From contig JAGRAL010000025.1 of NCBI GenBank assembly GCA_020434605.1, positions 1 to 32,616 of the forward strand: 32,616 nucleotides of DNA. Direction: 5' to 3'. The notes beneath the pieces are model-generated. The model saw nothing but the letters and a program-made list of their open reading frames with translations, did no database searches and had not been told where the DNA came from. Source of the stretch: Bdellovibrionales bacterium (GTDB taxonomy: Bacteria > Bdellovibrionota > Bdellovibrionia > Bdellovibrionales > UBA840). The position numbers were made by a program, and so were the translations under genes. Below are positions 8,628 through 16,874 of the stretch, piece after piece. How positions within the stretch are numbered: position 1 is the first letter of the stretch; the number at the start of each line of letters is the position of its first letter.

Positions 8628-10967
8628 CTAAGGATTAGGGGCTTTGTTGATTAAAACTTCGCGAGGTTTGCTGCCATTTGGTGGACCAACCACTCCCTCA
8701 GCTTCAAAGACCTCTATCATTCTGGCAGCTCTTGGATAACCGAGCCTAAACCTTCTCTGTAGCAAAGAGGCACTAACACCTTTTTGAGTCGCAATCCAAG
8801 TTAAGATTTCTTGGTATCTATCATCCGATTCAGGATCTACATCATCACCACTCATGTCGCTTGGATCTAGGCTCATCATAGATCCTCCGCTACCTTCCAT
8901 CATTTTCAGCGCATCCGCTTCATAATCAGGCTCTGATTGTGCTGACCAGAAATTCATAATGTCGTTTATTTCTTTTTCTGAAAGCCATGGTCCATGGTGA
9001 CGCTGAGGCTTAACAACTCCCGGCGCTAGATATAACATATCCCCTCTAGCCAATAATCTCTCGGCCCCGCCCTCATCTAGGATGATACGACTATCCATTT
9101 TTGACGCCACTTTAAATGAAATACGCCCTGGTATATTTGTTTTAATTAATCCTGTAACTACATCTTTTCTAGGTGACTGCATCGCTAAAATTAAATGCAT
9201 ACCACTTGCTCTTGCCATTTGCGCTAACCTTACCACTAATGACTCTACATTACCTTTATCAACAGTCATTAGGTCGGCAAACTCTTCTATCACAACAACT
9301 ATGTACGGAAGCTGTTGAAAGTGATATGTTTCGTGCTGCTTATTTGCCTCTATCAGATCATCATTTATTTGCTGATGCTCTTCTAGTTCTTCGCTCGTCA
9401 ATTTTTTAATTTTGTCGTTATACTCTTCTAGGTTCCTGGCACCAAATCGTGACATAGATCTATAGCGCTTTTCCATTTCTTTTACTGACCACTTAAGCGC
9501 AACCACTGCTTTTCTAGCTTCACAGATTGGCGGCATCAGCAAGTGCGGCACTTTGTGAAAAGCTGCCAGATCAACCTGCTTTGGATCGACAACAATTAAC
9601 CTAAGTGTCTTCGGTGAGTGTTTAAACAAAAGACCCGTTAAGCATGACACCACAAACACAGATTTTCCTGAACCGGTACTACCCGCCACCATCAAGTGTG
9701 GCATTTTTCTTAAATCCACGATTTGCGGCTCACCGTTTGCTTGCTTCCCTAAAGCTAGTGGCAGCGCCTTTTCTTCAGACCAAAACTCTTCATCTGCTAC
9801 AATCTCTTTTAAAAATACGGTTTCTCTTTTTGTGTTTGAAGTTTCTATACCAACCACATCTCTACCTGGAATCGGAGCAATGATACGAACTGACTCTGAG
9901 CTAAGAGCTAGTGATAGATCATCTGCTAAATCGGTAATTTTAGAGATTTTAACATCCACATTAGGTTTGTATTCAAATAGTGTTACCGCAGGCCCAGGCA
10001 AAACACCTACGACCTTACCGTTTACAGAAAATTGCTTTAGTTTATCTTCCAGTAAGGCAGTTTTTCTTTTTATTTCGGCTGGATCTACCTTTACTGCTGT
10101 ATCAGGTGGGTCTTCTAACATCTTAATGTTTGGTAGCTCCCAATTTTCAACGTTCCTAGAAACTTTTTTCTTCATTACCACTTTGCGCTTTTTTAAAGGC
10201 TGCATATCCTGAGCTATCGGCGGTAAGTAGCTTTCTTCCTCTACTGTGCTCTCGCTTGATTGGTTGTCAGCAAAAAGGCTTTTGTTTTCACTAATAGCTA
10301 TTGGGTCTTGTGCCCTAACTGTATGAGAAGCTGGCTGCGCACTTCTTTTCTTACTCACAACTTGCATAAGCTTTCTTGCTTTCCACCATATTGTAAATTT
10401 ATCGCGTAAATCATGATATATCGAGAGCCAAAGGCGCTGCGGATGTTTGTAAAAAAAACTAAGAGGCTTTTGAAATTGTAAAAGTGTAAACACGATTGTA
10501 GATGTCCATAAAATTACAGCTACACCAGCTGGATTAAAAACCCTGATGAGAGACTGTGTGATAATATTTCCTAAAACACCGCTCCAATAGATTTGATCCT
10601 GATAAATTTTACTGCTTTCAGTATAAAGCGCGATTAGAGATGCGTATGACAATACAAAAAGTACTGAGATAACGTGCTCGGCCATCGGCTTTTCACGAGT
10701 TTTTCCACTAAATATTGTAAATGCTTTATGGCCTAGCGCTACCACTAGTAGCCATGAACAAATTCCCACGCTTTGAAATAAAATATCCGCTAAAAAACTT
10801 CCGAAGTAGCCACAAAAATTATGAACTTTTTGAAAATCAGCTCCAATACTATTAAATGAGGGGTCTTCTGGATGAAAGCTAAATAATGAAAGCGCAATAA
10901 ATACGGCTAGAGCCAGCCAGAGTACGCCAAATATATCATTTTTAAATTTTTTAAGTAGTTGTGACAT
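8628..10967 (-). CDS. ftsK: DNA translocase FtsK
   Basis: N-terminal multi-TM region and a Pro/Gln-rich linker. Motor domain with Walker A VAGSTGSGKS and Walker B region VVVIEEFADL. C-terminal winged-helix gamma domain (SASLLQRRFRLGYPRAARMIE). Confidence 0.95.
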   Translation of the reverse strand: MSQLLKKFKNDIFGVLWLALAVFIALSLFSFHPEDPSFNSIGADFQKVHNFCGYFGSFLADILFQSVGICSWLLVVALGHKAFTIFSGKTREKPMAEHVISVLFVLSYASLIALYTESSKIYQDQIYWSGVLGNIITQSLIRVFNPAGVAVILWTSTIVFTLLQFQKPLSFFYKHPQRLWLSIYHDLRDKFTIWWKARKLMQVVSKKRSAQPASHTVRAQDPIAISENKSLFADNQSSESTVEEESYLPPIAQDMQPLKKRKVVMKKKVSRNVENWELPNIKMLEDPPDTAVKVDPAEIKRKTALLEDKLKQFSVNGKVVGVLPGPAVTLFEYKPNVDVKISKITDLADDLSLALSSESVRIIAPIPGRDVVGIETSNTKRETVFLKEIVADEEFWSEEKALPLALGKQANGEPQIVDLRKMPHLMVAGSTGSGKSVFVVSCLTGLLFKHSPKTLRLIVVDPKQVDLAAFHKVPHLLMPPICEARKAVVALKWSVKEMEKRYRSMSRFGARNLEEYNDKIKKLTSEELEEHQQINDDLIEANKQHETYHFQQLPYIVVVIEEFADLMTVDKGNVESLVVRLAQMARASGMHLILAMQSPRKDVVTGLIKTNIPGRISFKVASKMDSRIILDEGGAERLLARGDMLYLAPGVVKPQRHHGPWLSEKEINDIMNFWSAQSEPDYEADALKMMEGSGGSMMSLDPSDMSGDDVDPESDDRYQEILTWIATQKGVSASLLQRRFRLGYPRAARMIEVFEAEGVVGPPNGSKPREVLINKAPNP

Positions 10968-11204
10968 ATGAAAAGTTTACGTAAATACTAAAGAAAGTGC
11001 CAGTCCTGTGTATCTACGATGAACCTAAGTCTAGCGAGGCAGTTTTTAAGGGAAATCAACTGTTTTTTTACAAACTGGCGCGTCTGATTAGGTGCTTCAG
11101 AAAAAATATTTTTTACAAACAAGCTTGATCTTATGACAGCTTCTGTATATCAAATAGCCAATTCAATAATCATGTAACCCACATATCAAAAAGAGAAGGT
11201 ATAG

Positions 11205-11507
11205 ATGAGTACAATTTTAGGAAACCAATCAAACAATCTTTTTGTAGCTAATCTTCAAAACGTAAGCCTTGAAAAGCTGGTTAAGAGCAAGCTAGAAGTA
11301 CTATTTCAACAACAAAAAGACACTCAGGTAGAACTATCTGGTCTATATGACGTTGTTATGGAGCAAGTAGAGAAGCCTTTAATCGAGCTTACTCTTAAAG
11401 CCCACAACGGCAACCAAGTTAAGACTGCTGCGGCCCTAGGGATCAACCGTAACACTCTTAAAAAGAAAATGGACCACTACCAAATCAACCGTAAAGAGCT
11501 AAACTAG
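11205..11507 (+). CDS. fis: Fis-family nucleoid-associated DNA-binding protein (100 aa)
   Basis: C-terminal HTH GNQVKTAAALGINRNTLKKKM and the preceding LYDVVMEQVEKPLIELTLKAH align with the Fis layout. AGAAGG RBS 6 nt upstream. Confidence 0.75.
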   Translation: MSTILGNQSNNLFVANLQNVSLEKLVKSKLEVLFQQQKDTQVELSGLYDVVMEQVEKPLIELTLKAHNGNQVKTAAALGINRNTLKKKMDHYQINRKELN

Positions 11508-11520
11508 TTCCTTACTATCT

Positions 11521-11550
11521 GCGAGCTGTATTCTACAGCTCGCTTTGATT
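11521..11550 (+). terminator. Rho-independent terminator of the fis-like gene
   Basis: Perfect 10-bp stem GCGAGCTGTA (11521-11530) / TACAGCTCGC (11534-11543), loop TTC, then TTTGATT. The right arm overlaps the last codons of the convergent 65-aa ORF. Confidence 0.7.
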
Positions 11551-11730
11551 CCACTCATAGTTATTTCCAAATAAAACTTTCTGTAGATATTCCATTAAGA
11601 TAAAACGTATTTCTTCGATTCCAACTGTATTTGGATCAAAACCACGTTCTTTTATATAGCTTATAATTTCGTGCTTGATGATGTCTTCCGGTAGTCCGCT
11701 GTGATCGACTATTTCTTGAATTAGACCCAT
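11533..11730 (-). CDS. Small acidic protein of unknown function (65 aa)
   Basis: Consensus AGGAGG 4 nt upstream of the ATG, and a compact ORF between dnaB and fis. No recognisable motif. Confidence 0.5.
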   Translation of the reverse strand: MGLIQEIVDHSGLPEDIIKHEIISYIKERGFDPNTVGIEEIRFILMEYLQKVLFGNNYEWNQSEL

Positions 11731-11865
11731 AAAGCCTCCTGCTTATAACCTTTCTGGCATCCGTGCCAAAGGCTAGTCTTGTTATAAAGACACAACCTCT
11801 GCGAATTTGGTTATATTAAATCTATTGATTGGGCGTAATTTCTATATTTTTTTGTAAAACTAGAC

Positions 11866-13287
11866 CTATGTGTCTACGCCTGGGGCGAAGTTCTTAACTG
11901 GACCTTTTCTTCTTGGCATTTCAACTTTGGCCTCTTTTTCTGTTGGTGGAGGCGGAGTATAGCCCGAAGAAGCAATATCCAAAAATGAACCTGTATTTGC
12001 TTTAAATGCTAATCGAACCATACCGGTCGGACCGTTTCTGTGCTTTCCTATTAGTACTTCTGCTTGGCCTTTATATTCTGATGATTCTTTTTCATAATAC
12101 TCATCACGGTAAAGCATCATAATAATATCCGCATCCTGCTCAATAGAACCCGATTCACGTAGATCTGAAAGCATGGGTCTACGATCTGTTCTGGATTCCA
12201 CACCACGGTTAAGCTGTGCAAGTGCAATTACAGGAATACTTAGTTCTTTTGCTATTTCTTTTAATGTTTTTGAAATTTCCGAGATCACTCTTTCTCGGCT
12301 TTCTGAAGGTCTTTTTATTTCCATTAGCTGCAAGTAATCGACAATTACGCAGTCCAATCCAACACGAGATTTTAATCTTCGACACTTGGCTCTTAACTCG
12401 TATGGGCTTAGCGCTGAGGTTTCATCTACAAAAAACTTTGCTTCAGATAGTTTTGAAGCCGCCGTAATTAGATCATGCCAAGCTGTATCAGCTACACGAC
12501 CTACACGTAATTGTCCCATGTCAATTTTGGCTTCTGAGGCCAGCATACGCATCATAAGCTGCTCTTTACCCATTTCTAGTGAGAAGTAGGCTACCGCCTT
12601 TTTCTCTCTCAATGTCATGTGCTGAGCCAAGTTCAAACTAAATGCTGTTTTACCCATTGAAGGACGAGCCGCAATAATAATAAGTTCACCACCGTGAAGA
12701 CCAGCTGTGATTTTATCTAAGTCCTTAAAGCCGGTGGCAATACCAGTGATATCTGTTTTACGTTTATATAACTCTTCAATTTTGTTGATCGCGTCTTTTA
12801 CGATGTCCGCAGATTTAACAAGGTCTTCCTTGTTGTTGTTTTCTGAAAGCTTAAAAATCTCAGCCTCAACCTCATTTAAAAATGCATCTACCGACTCATA
12901 ATCACCTTTAAACGCACGGTCAGCCATCTTCTGAGAGGTTGTAATTAGTTTTCTAAGAAGAGACGTGTTTGCTACGATCTCTACATAGCTCTCTAGGTTT
13001 GCCGCTCCAAGTGTTGCTTCAGCAAGCTCGGCCAAATAAGCAGCCCCACCCACCTGAGACAATTGATTTTTAGATGTTAGTAAGTGAGAAACTGTTAAGA
13101 AGTCTACGTTTTCAGATTTTAAAACCAACGATAAGATGGCTTCAAAAATTACTGCATGTGATGGTTTATAAAAATCAGTGGGGGACAGTCGATTTTGTAC
13201 TAAATCGATGGATGATGGGTCTACTAAAAGACCCCCCAGCACGGACTTTTCTGCCTCCAAACTATGGGGCGGAAGTCTTTCTTGCAC
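11866..13287 (-). CDS. dnaB: Replicative DNA helicase DnaB
   Basis: PHSLEAEKSVLGG N-terminal motif, Walker A ARPSMGKTAF, Walker B VIVDYLQLM and ALAQLNR / SGSIEQDAD motifs. 473 aa. Confidence 0.95.
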   Translation of the reverse strand: MQERLPPHSLEAEKSVLGGLLVDPSSIDLVQNRLSPTDFYKPSHAVIFEAILSLVLKSENVDFLTVSHLLTSKNQLSQVGGAAYLAELAEATLGAANLESYVEIVANTSLLRKLITTSQKMADRAFKGDYESVDAFLNEVEAEIFKLSENNNKEDLVKSADIVKDAINKIEELYKRKTDITGIATGFKDLDKITAGLHGGELIIIAARPSMGKTAFSLNLAQHMTLREKKAVAYFSLEMGKEQLMMRMLASEAKIDMGQLRVGRVADTAWHDLITAASKLSEAKFFVDETSALSPYELRAKCRRLKSRVGLDCVIVDYLQLMEIKRPSESRERVISEISKTLKEIAKELSIPVIALAQLNRGVESRTDRRPMLSDLRESGSIEQDADIIMMLYRDEYYEKESSEYKGQAEVLIGKHRNGPTGMVRLAFKANTGSFLDIASSGYTPPPPTEKEAKVEMPRRKGPVKNFAPGVDT

Positions 13288-13306
13288 AATATCCCCCTAA
13301 GCTATT

Positions 13307-13753
13307 CTACTCTTCTCTCTCTACATTGATTTTTACGTCAGTCTCTAAACCGCCACCAAAGCTAACAACAGCTTTGTGTTGACCTAAAAACTTAATAGCT
13401 TCAGGAATATCGATCTCGCGCTTATCTACTGAATATCCTAGATCGTATAGTTTATTTGAAATGTCTGCCGTAGTTACAGCACCAAAAATTTTGTCTTCTT
13501 CGCCAGCACGCTTAGTGAAAGTTAAAGTAAGGCCAGAAATTTGCTTAATTTGCTCTTTCTTTTCAGTTAGTGCTTTTGCTTTTTTCTTTTCAGCAATGTT
13601 TTTTAAATGAGTAAACTCTTTTTCGCGCTTTTCAGTTGCGCTCATCGCTAATTTTCTTGGAAATAAAAAGTTTCTAGCATATCCGCTTGCTACGCGAACT
13701 AGGTCACCAACTTTTCCTAAGTTTCTAACGTCTTCGTTTAAAATAACTTTCAT
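13307..13753 (-). CDS. rplI: 50S ribosomal protein L9
   Basis: MKVILNEDVRNLGKVGDLVRVASGYARNFLFPRKLA is the canonical L9 N-terminus. 148 aa. Sits 19 nt upstream of dnaB. Confidence 0.95.
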   Translation of the reverse strand: MKVILNEDVRNLGKVGDLVRVASGYARNFLFPRKLAMSATEKREKEFTHLKNIAEKKKAKALTEKKEQIKQISGLTLTFTKRAGEEDKIFGAVTTADISNKLYDLGYSVDKREIDIPEAIKFLGQHKAVVSFGGGLETDVKINVEREE

Positions 13754-13777
13754 CTGACTCTCCTTGTATCAATTTTA

Positions 13778-14689
13778 TTAAACTGTTTTGGCGGGCTTCT
13801 TGTTAATCTTAGATCTAAAGTTCATCCAAAAATCTGCAAAACCCAGGCTACTAACTAATAAGAACATTTGCACCGTTAAAACAATATACCAAAACACTCG
13901 CCAGAATATCCCTACCTCAGAGGCGCGAAAAAATACAGCAATAATCGATAGTCCGTGAAAAAAATAAAGTATCAGCAAAATGTTCAATATGTTGCCGGCG
14001 ATCATTTTTATCTCTACCAAATCGAACTCAATAAACGTTATCGCGATAACGGGTAGCGCTATCCAAATTACAAAGCCTGGCAGCTCAAAATCTCTCAGTT
14101 TTGTGCTGTTAATTTGTCGCAGTTTTTGACTAGTAATGCCATGTAACGTCTTAATTCTGTCATTTTTAGCTAGGTATTTTAGTCCCAAAAGGCCAAACCA
14201 CAGACTGAAAAGCAAAATCATTACAACCGCTGAGGGTATTTGGGTTACCAGCGTATCAAGGTCTATCGTAAGGTTAGGTTGTACCTCTTTTAGCGTTACT
14301 AAAAATTGTTGGGTTTTTGTGTTTACCAATGTCAACAGGTCTAAATCTGTAATGTGAACAAATAAACCTAAGAAAAATGAAAAGAGGCCTGTAGTTCCTA
14401 GGATACTAACCAAGCCCGCTTGCAATAACTCGCAGTCCAAGTCTTTTGCGTGTTGGTACAAACCCACCAGCGTAGCTGCTATTAAAAATGGTATCCATGC
14501 TATTGAGGATTGAGAAAAAAGCATAGCTATTGTTGTCACGCTAACAAGCGCAATGTATCTGCTAGCACCCAGGCTAATTCGAAGTAAAAATAAAGGTATC
14601 GTCGCCAATACGAATATGCCCACCGACAAAAAAACGGCAGTGAGCAATAGCATTAAATGGCTAAGACGAATCCCCCAAAAATTCTTCAT
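13778..14689 (-). CDS. Polytopic inner-membrane protein, probably DUF2232/YybS-like
   Basis: 303 aa with about 8 hydrophobic helices. Its position immediately upstream of rplI-dnaB matches B. subtilis yybS. The family call rests on size, topology and synteny only. Confidence 0.55.
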   Translation of the reverse strand: MKNFWGIRLSHLMLLLTAVFLSVGIFVLATIPLFLLRISLGASRYIALVSVTTIAMLFSQSSIAWIPFLIAATLVGLYQHAKDLDCELLQAGLVSILGTTGLFSFFLGLFVHITDLDLLTLVNTKTQQFLVTLKEVQPNLTIDLDTLVTQIPSAVVMILLFSLWFGLLGLKYLAKNDRIKTLHGITSQKLRQINSTKLRDFELPGFVIWIALPVIAITFIEFDLVEIKMIAGNILNILLILYFFHGLSIIAVFFRASEVGIFWRVFWYIVLTVQMFLLVSSLGFADFWMNFRSKINKKPAKTV

Positions 14690-14701
14690 CGTAGGCCGAA
14701 A

Positions 14702-15142
14702 TTAATCTCTAAATTTTTTGCGATTTTCTGTAAAGCGCTCTGCCTTTTTAGCCATCTTGCTTTCAAAGTCTTTTTGCTTTTGTGCAGACGCAGTCAAATA
14801 GTCTTTGAATGTTTGCAAGTGCTTAGTTAGGTCTGTGCCATCATCTAAACGAGTATGCATGAAACGAACAACATCTTCGTTAATACGCATTGTACGCTCA
14901 AGCTCGGCAACAGCATCTGGATTAGCAGTAAATGTAGTGTAAAAATAAATCGCTTTGTTGTTTTTGCCGATCGGGTTACCTAGAGCTCTTTTGCCCCAAG
15001 TCTCAACCACTTTTAACTCACCTTTGTGGTCAGCAATGATTTGTTTGTTTTTCTTGAAAAGGTTCTTTTGAACATCTTCAGTTGCATCGGCGTTTATTAG
15101 AATCACACCTTCGTAGGGGCGAATCACTTCTGTATTGGACAT
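14702..15142 (-). CDS. rpsF: 30S ribosomal protein S6 with a basic/acidic C-terminal extension
   Basis: YEGVILINADA...WGKRALGNPIGKNNKAIYFY...ELERTMRINEDVVRFM matches the S6 pattern. AGGAGG RBS upstream. Confidence 0.9.
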   Translation of the reverse strand: MSNTEVIRPYEGVILINADATEDVQKNLFKKNKQIIADHKGELKVVETWGKRALGNPIGKNNKAIYFYTTFTANPDAVAELERTMRINEDVVRFMHTRLDDGTDLTKHLQTFKDYLTASAQKQKDFESKMAKKAERFTENRKKFRD

Positions 15143-15176
15143 ATATCCTCCTGGTTAAAACTAGCCCCCATAACTT

Positions 15177-15205
15177 TTGATAGGAGCAAGGATAGTGGTT
15201 ATAAT
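15177..15205 (+). promoter_or_regulatory. Near-consensus sigma70-type promoter for the FHA/hydrolase pair
   Basis: TTGATA (15177-15182), a 17-nt spacer, then TATAAT (15200-15205). This predicts a leader of about 70 nt before the GTG at 15281. Confidence 0.5.
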
Positions 15206-15280
15206 TTAATTGCAATAGCTTGTAGCATAGAGGCAACCTAAGCTCAAGCAGTCAGATAATAAAAGCGTGGAGTAAGCAGC

Positions 15281-15949
15281 GTGGGTCTAAATATACGAAT
15301 TCTCTCAGGAAAACGGCAGGGCGAAGAATTCAAATTGCGAGCAGGAATCACCATTGGGCGAAAAAGCGCCGATCTACTGATTAGAGACAGTAAAATGTCC
15401 TCTCTCCATGCAGAGGTAACAGAGGAAGATGGTCAATATTTTATCATCGATAAGGGCTCCAGAAACAAGATTGTCCATAATGGCAGCCCGGTTTCTAGGT
15501 TGCCACTAGAGGACGGCGTTAGCTTTATACTAGGTGATACCACCTTTGAAATTTTTTATGTGAATACCGGCGATGTTTGGGAAGAAGAGCTTAGCGATTA
15601 CTTAAAGCAAATCGAGCGAGTAGCTAAGAATGAACCCAAAGAGGCCTATTCCTTTTTTCATAGTATTCACTTAAAAGTGATCAGTGGCCCCGACTATGGT
15701 ACCAACTACAAGTTGTGTTACGGTCCTCGGATTGCTGGGAAAGATAGCCTTGATTTATTTTTTCATGAGCACTTTGAAAAAGAAGAGCTTTTTGTTATCG
15801 AAGAAAAGAAAAAATCTTTAGTACTAAGAACTGAGTACCCGGACCTTTTCACTGTTAACAATTCACCTGCTAAATCCGAAAATAAGTTAGCCGACGGAGA
15901 TAGCATATCCTTTGGAAAAACCAAGGTGAGAATTGAAATAGAGAAATAA
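15281..15949 (+). CDS. FHA-domain protein (N-terminal FHA plus a second degenerate FHA-like half), GTG start
   Basis: ITIGRKSADLLIRDSKMSSLHAEVTEEDGQYFIIDKGSRNKIVHNG...LEDGVSFILGDTTFEI is a typical FHA core. GGAG lies 8 nt upstream of the GTG. Confidence 0.8.
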   Translation: MGLNIRILSGKRQGEEFKLRAGITIGRKSADLLIRDSKMSSLHAEVTEEDGQYFIIDKGSRNKIVHNGSPVSRLPLEDGVSFILGDTTFEIFYVNTGDVWEEELSDYLKQIERVAKNEPKEAYSFFHSIHLKVISGPDYGTNYKLCYGPRIAGKDSLDLFFHEHFEKEELFVIEEKKKSLVLRTEYPDLFTVNNSPAKSENKLADGDSISFGKTKVRIEIEK

Positions 15950-15952
15950 AAT

Positions 15953-16825
15953 ATGATTGGTGTTAAAAAACAGACTGGTACCGTAAAAAGCTTTGATGGC
16001 ACTGAAATATACTATGAGGTGCTTGGCGAGGGGCGCCCTATTTTAATGGCTTACGGCATTGTGTGTGTAATGAACCACTGGCACTTTCAATCTTCCTTTT
16101 TTTCTAAAAACTACCAGGTGATTTTGGTCGACTATAGGGGGCATCACAAATCTGCTGTCCCAAAAAATATTGAGGACATGACCGTCGCTGCCATTGCAAA
16201 AGACTTTGTTGCTGTTTGTGATCATTTAAAATTAGAGTCCGTGAGTTTATTTAGCCATAGCTTTGGGGCGCAGGTAGCTCTTGAGTTTTACACTCACTAT
16301 AAATCAAAAATTAACAATATGGTTTTAATCAACGGATTTCACAAAAATCCAATCAAAGGAATGTTTGGAATGGATATGGTTCCAACGTTTCATAAAATCA
16401 AAGCGTTCTATGACTCGCTTCCAGAAACATTTAATTTTTTATGGAAAAGCGCCTTAGACAATCCGCTGGCATTGCCGTTTATGGGATTGACTGGAGGCTT
16501 TAATTTAAGGCTTACAAATCTAAACGATATTCAAGTTTACTTAAGGGGTGTTAAGGCCATACCCCTAGATGTGTTTTTAACTTTGTTTGAAGATATGATG
16601 GCTTATGATGCTACCGACATTTTGTCTACTGTTACTTGCCCTACCTTAATTATCGCGGGCAACAAAGACAATGTAACGCCAATGGCGTTTCAGGTAGAGA
16701 TGCATGAAAAAATACAGGATTCAGCTCTTCAAATCATCCCTTACGGATCGCATTGCTCGCAGTTAGATATGCCAGACTTTGTAAATTTAAAAGCTGAAGT
16801 ATTTTTAAAAACTCACGGATATTAA
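15953..16825 (+). CDS. Alpha/beta-fold hydrolase
   Basis: Nucleophile elbow LFSHSFGAQVA, an N-terminal HG-like region, and Asp/His regions (GNKDNVTP; GSHCSQLD). Starts 3 nt after the FHA gene stop. Confidence 0.8.
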   Translation: MIGVKKQTGTVKSFDGTEIYYEVLGEGRPILMAYGIVCVMNHWHFQSSFFSKNYQVILVDYRGHHKSAVPKNIEDMTVAAIAKDFVAVCDHLKLESVSLFSHSFGAQVALEFYTHYKSKINNMVLINGFHKNPIKGMFGMDMVPTFHKIKAFYDSLPETFNFLWKSALDNPLALPFMGLTGGFNLRLTNLNDIQVYLRGVKAIPLDVFLTLFEDMMAYDATDILSTVTCPTLIIAGNKDNVTPMAFQVEMHEKIQDSALQIIPYGSHCSQLDMPDFVNLKAEVFLKTHGY

Positions 16826-16832
16826 TTTATAT

Positions 16833-16866
16833 TTAAAAAGTTGCCGCCCAAGAATGTGAGCGGCAG
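16833..16866 (-). terminator. Probable intrinsic terminator of the subtilase gene, possibly bidirectional
   Basis: 6-bp GC stem TGCCGC/GCGGCA with a 12-nt loop. On the minus strand it is followed by CTTTTTAAAT. It begins about 8 nt after the protease stop, in the 49-nt convergent gap. Confidence 0.5.
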
Positions 16867-16874
16867 TTCAATGG

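Noticed and set aside
11749-11774. Inverted repeat CCTTTC-TGGCA-TCCG-TGCCA-AAAGG downstream of dnaB. The TGGCAC core superficially resembles a sigma54 -24 element.
   Set aside because: The -12 element (TTGC, 5 nt after GGCAC) is absent, and no U-run follows on the transcribed minus strand, so it is neither a sigma54 promoter nor a canonical terminator. It could be a weak operator or RNA hairpin, but the evidence is insufficient.
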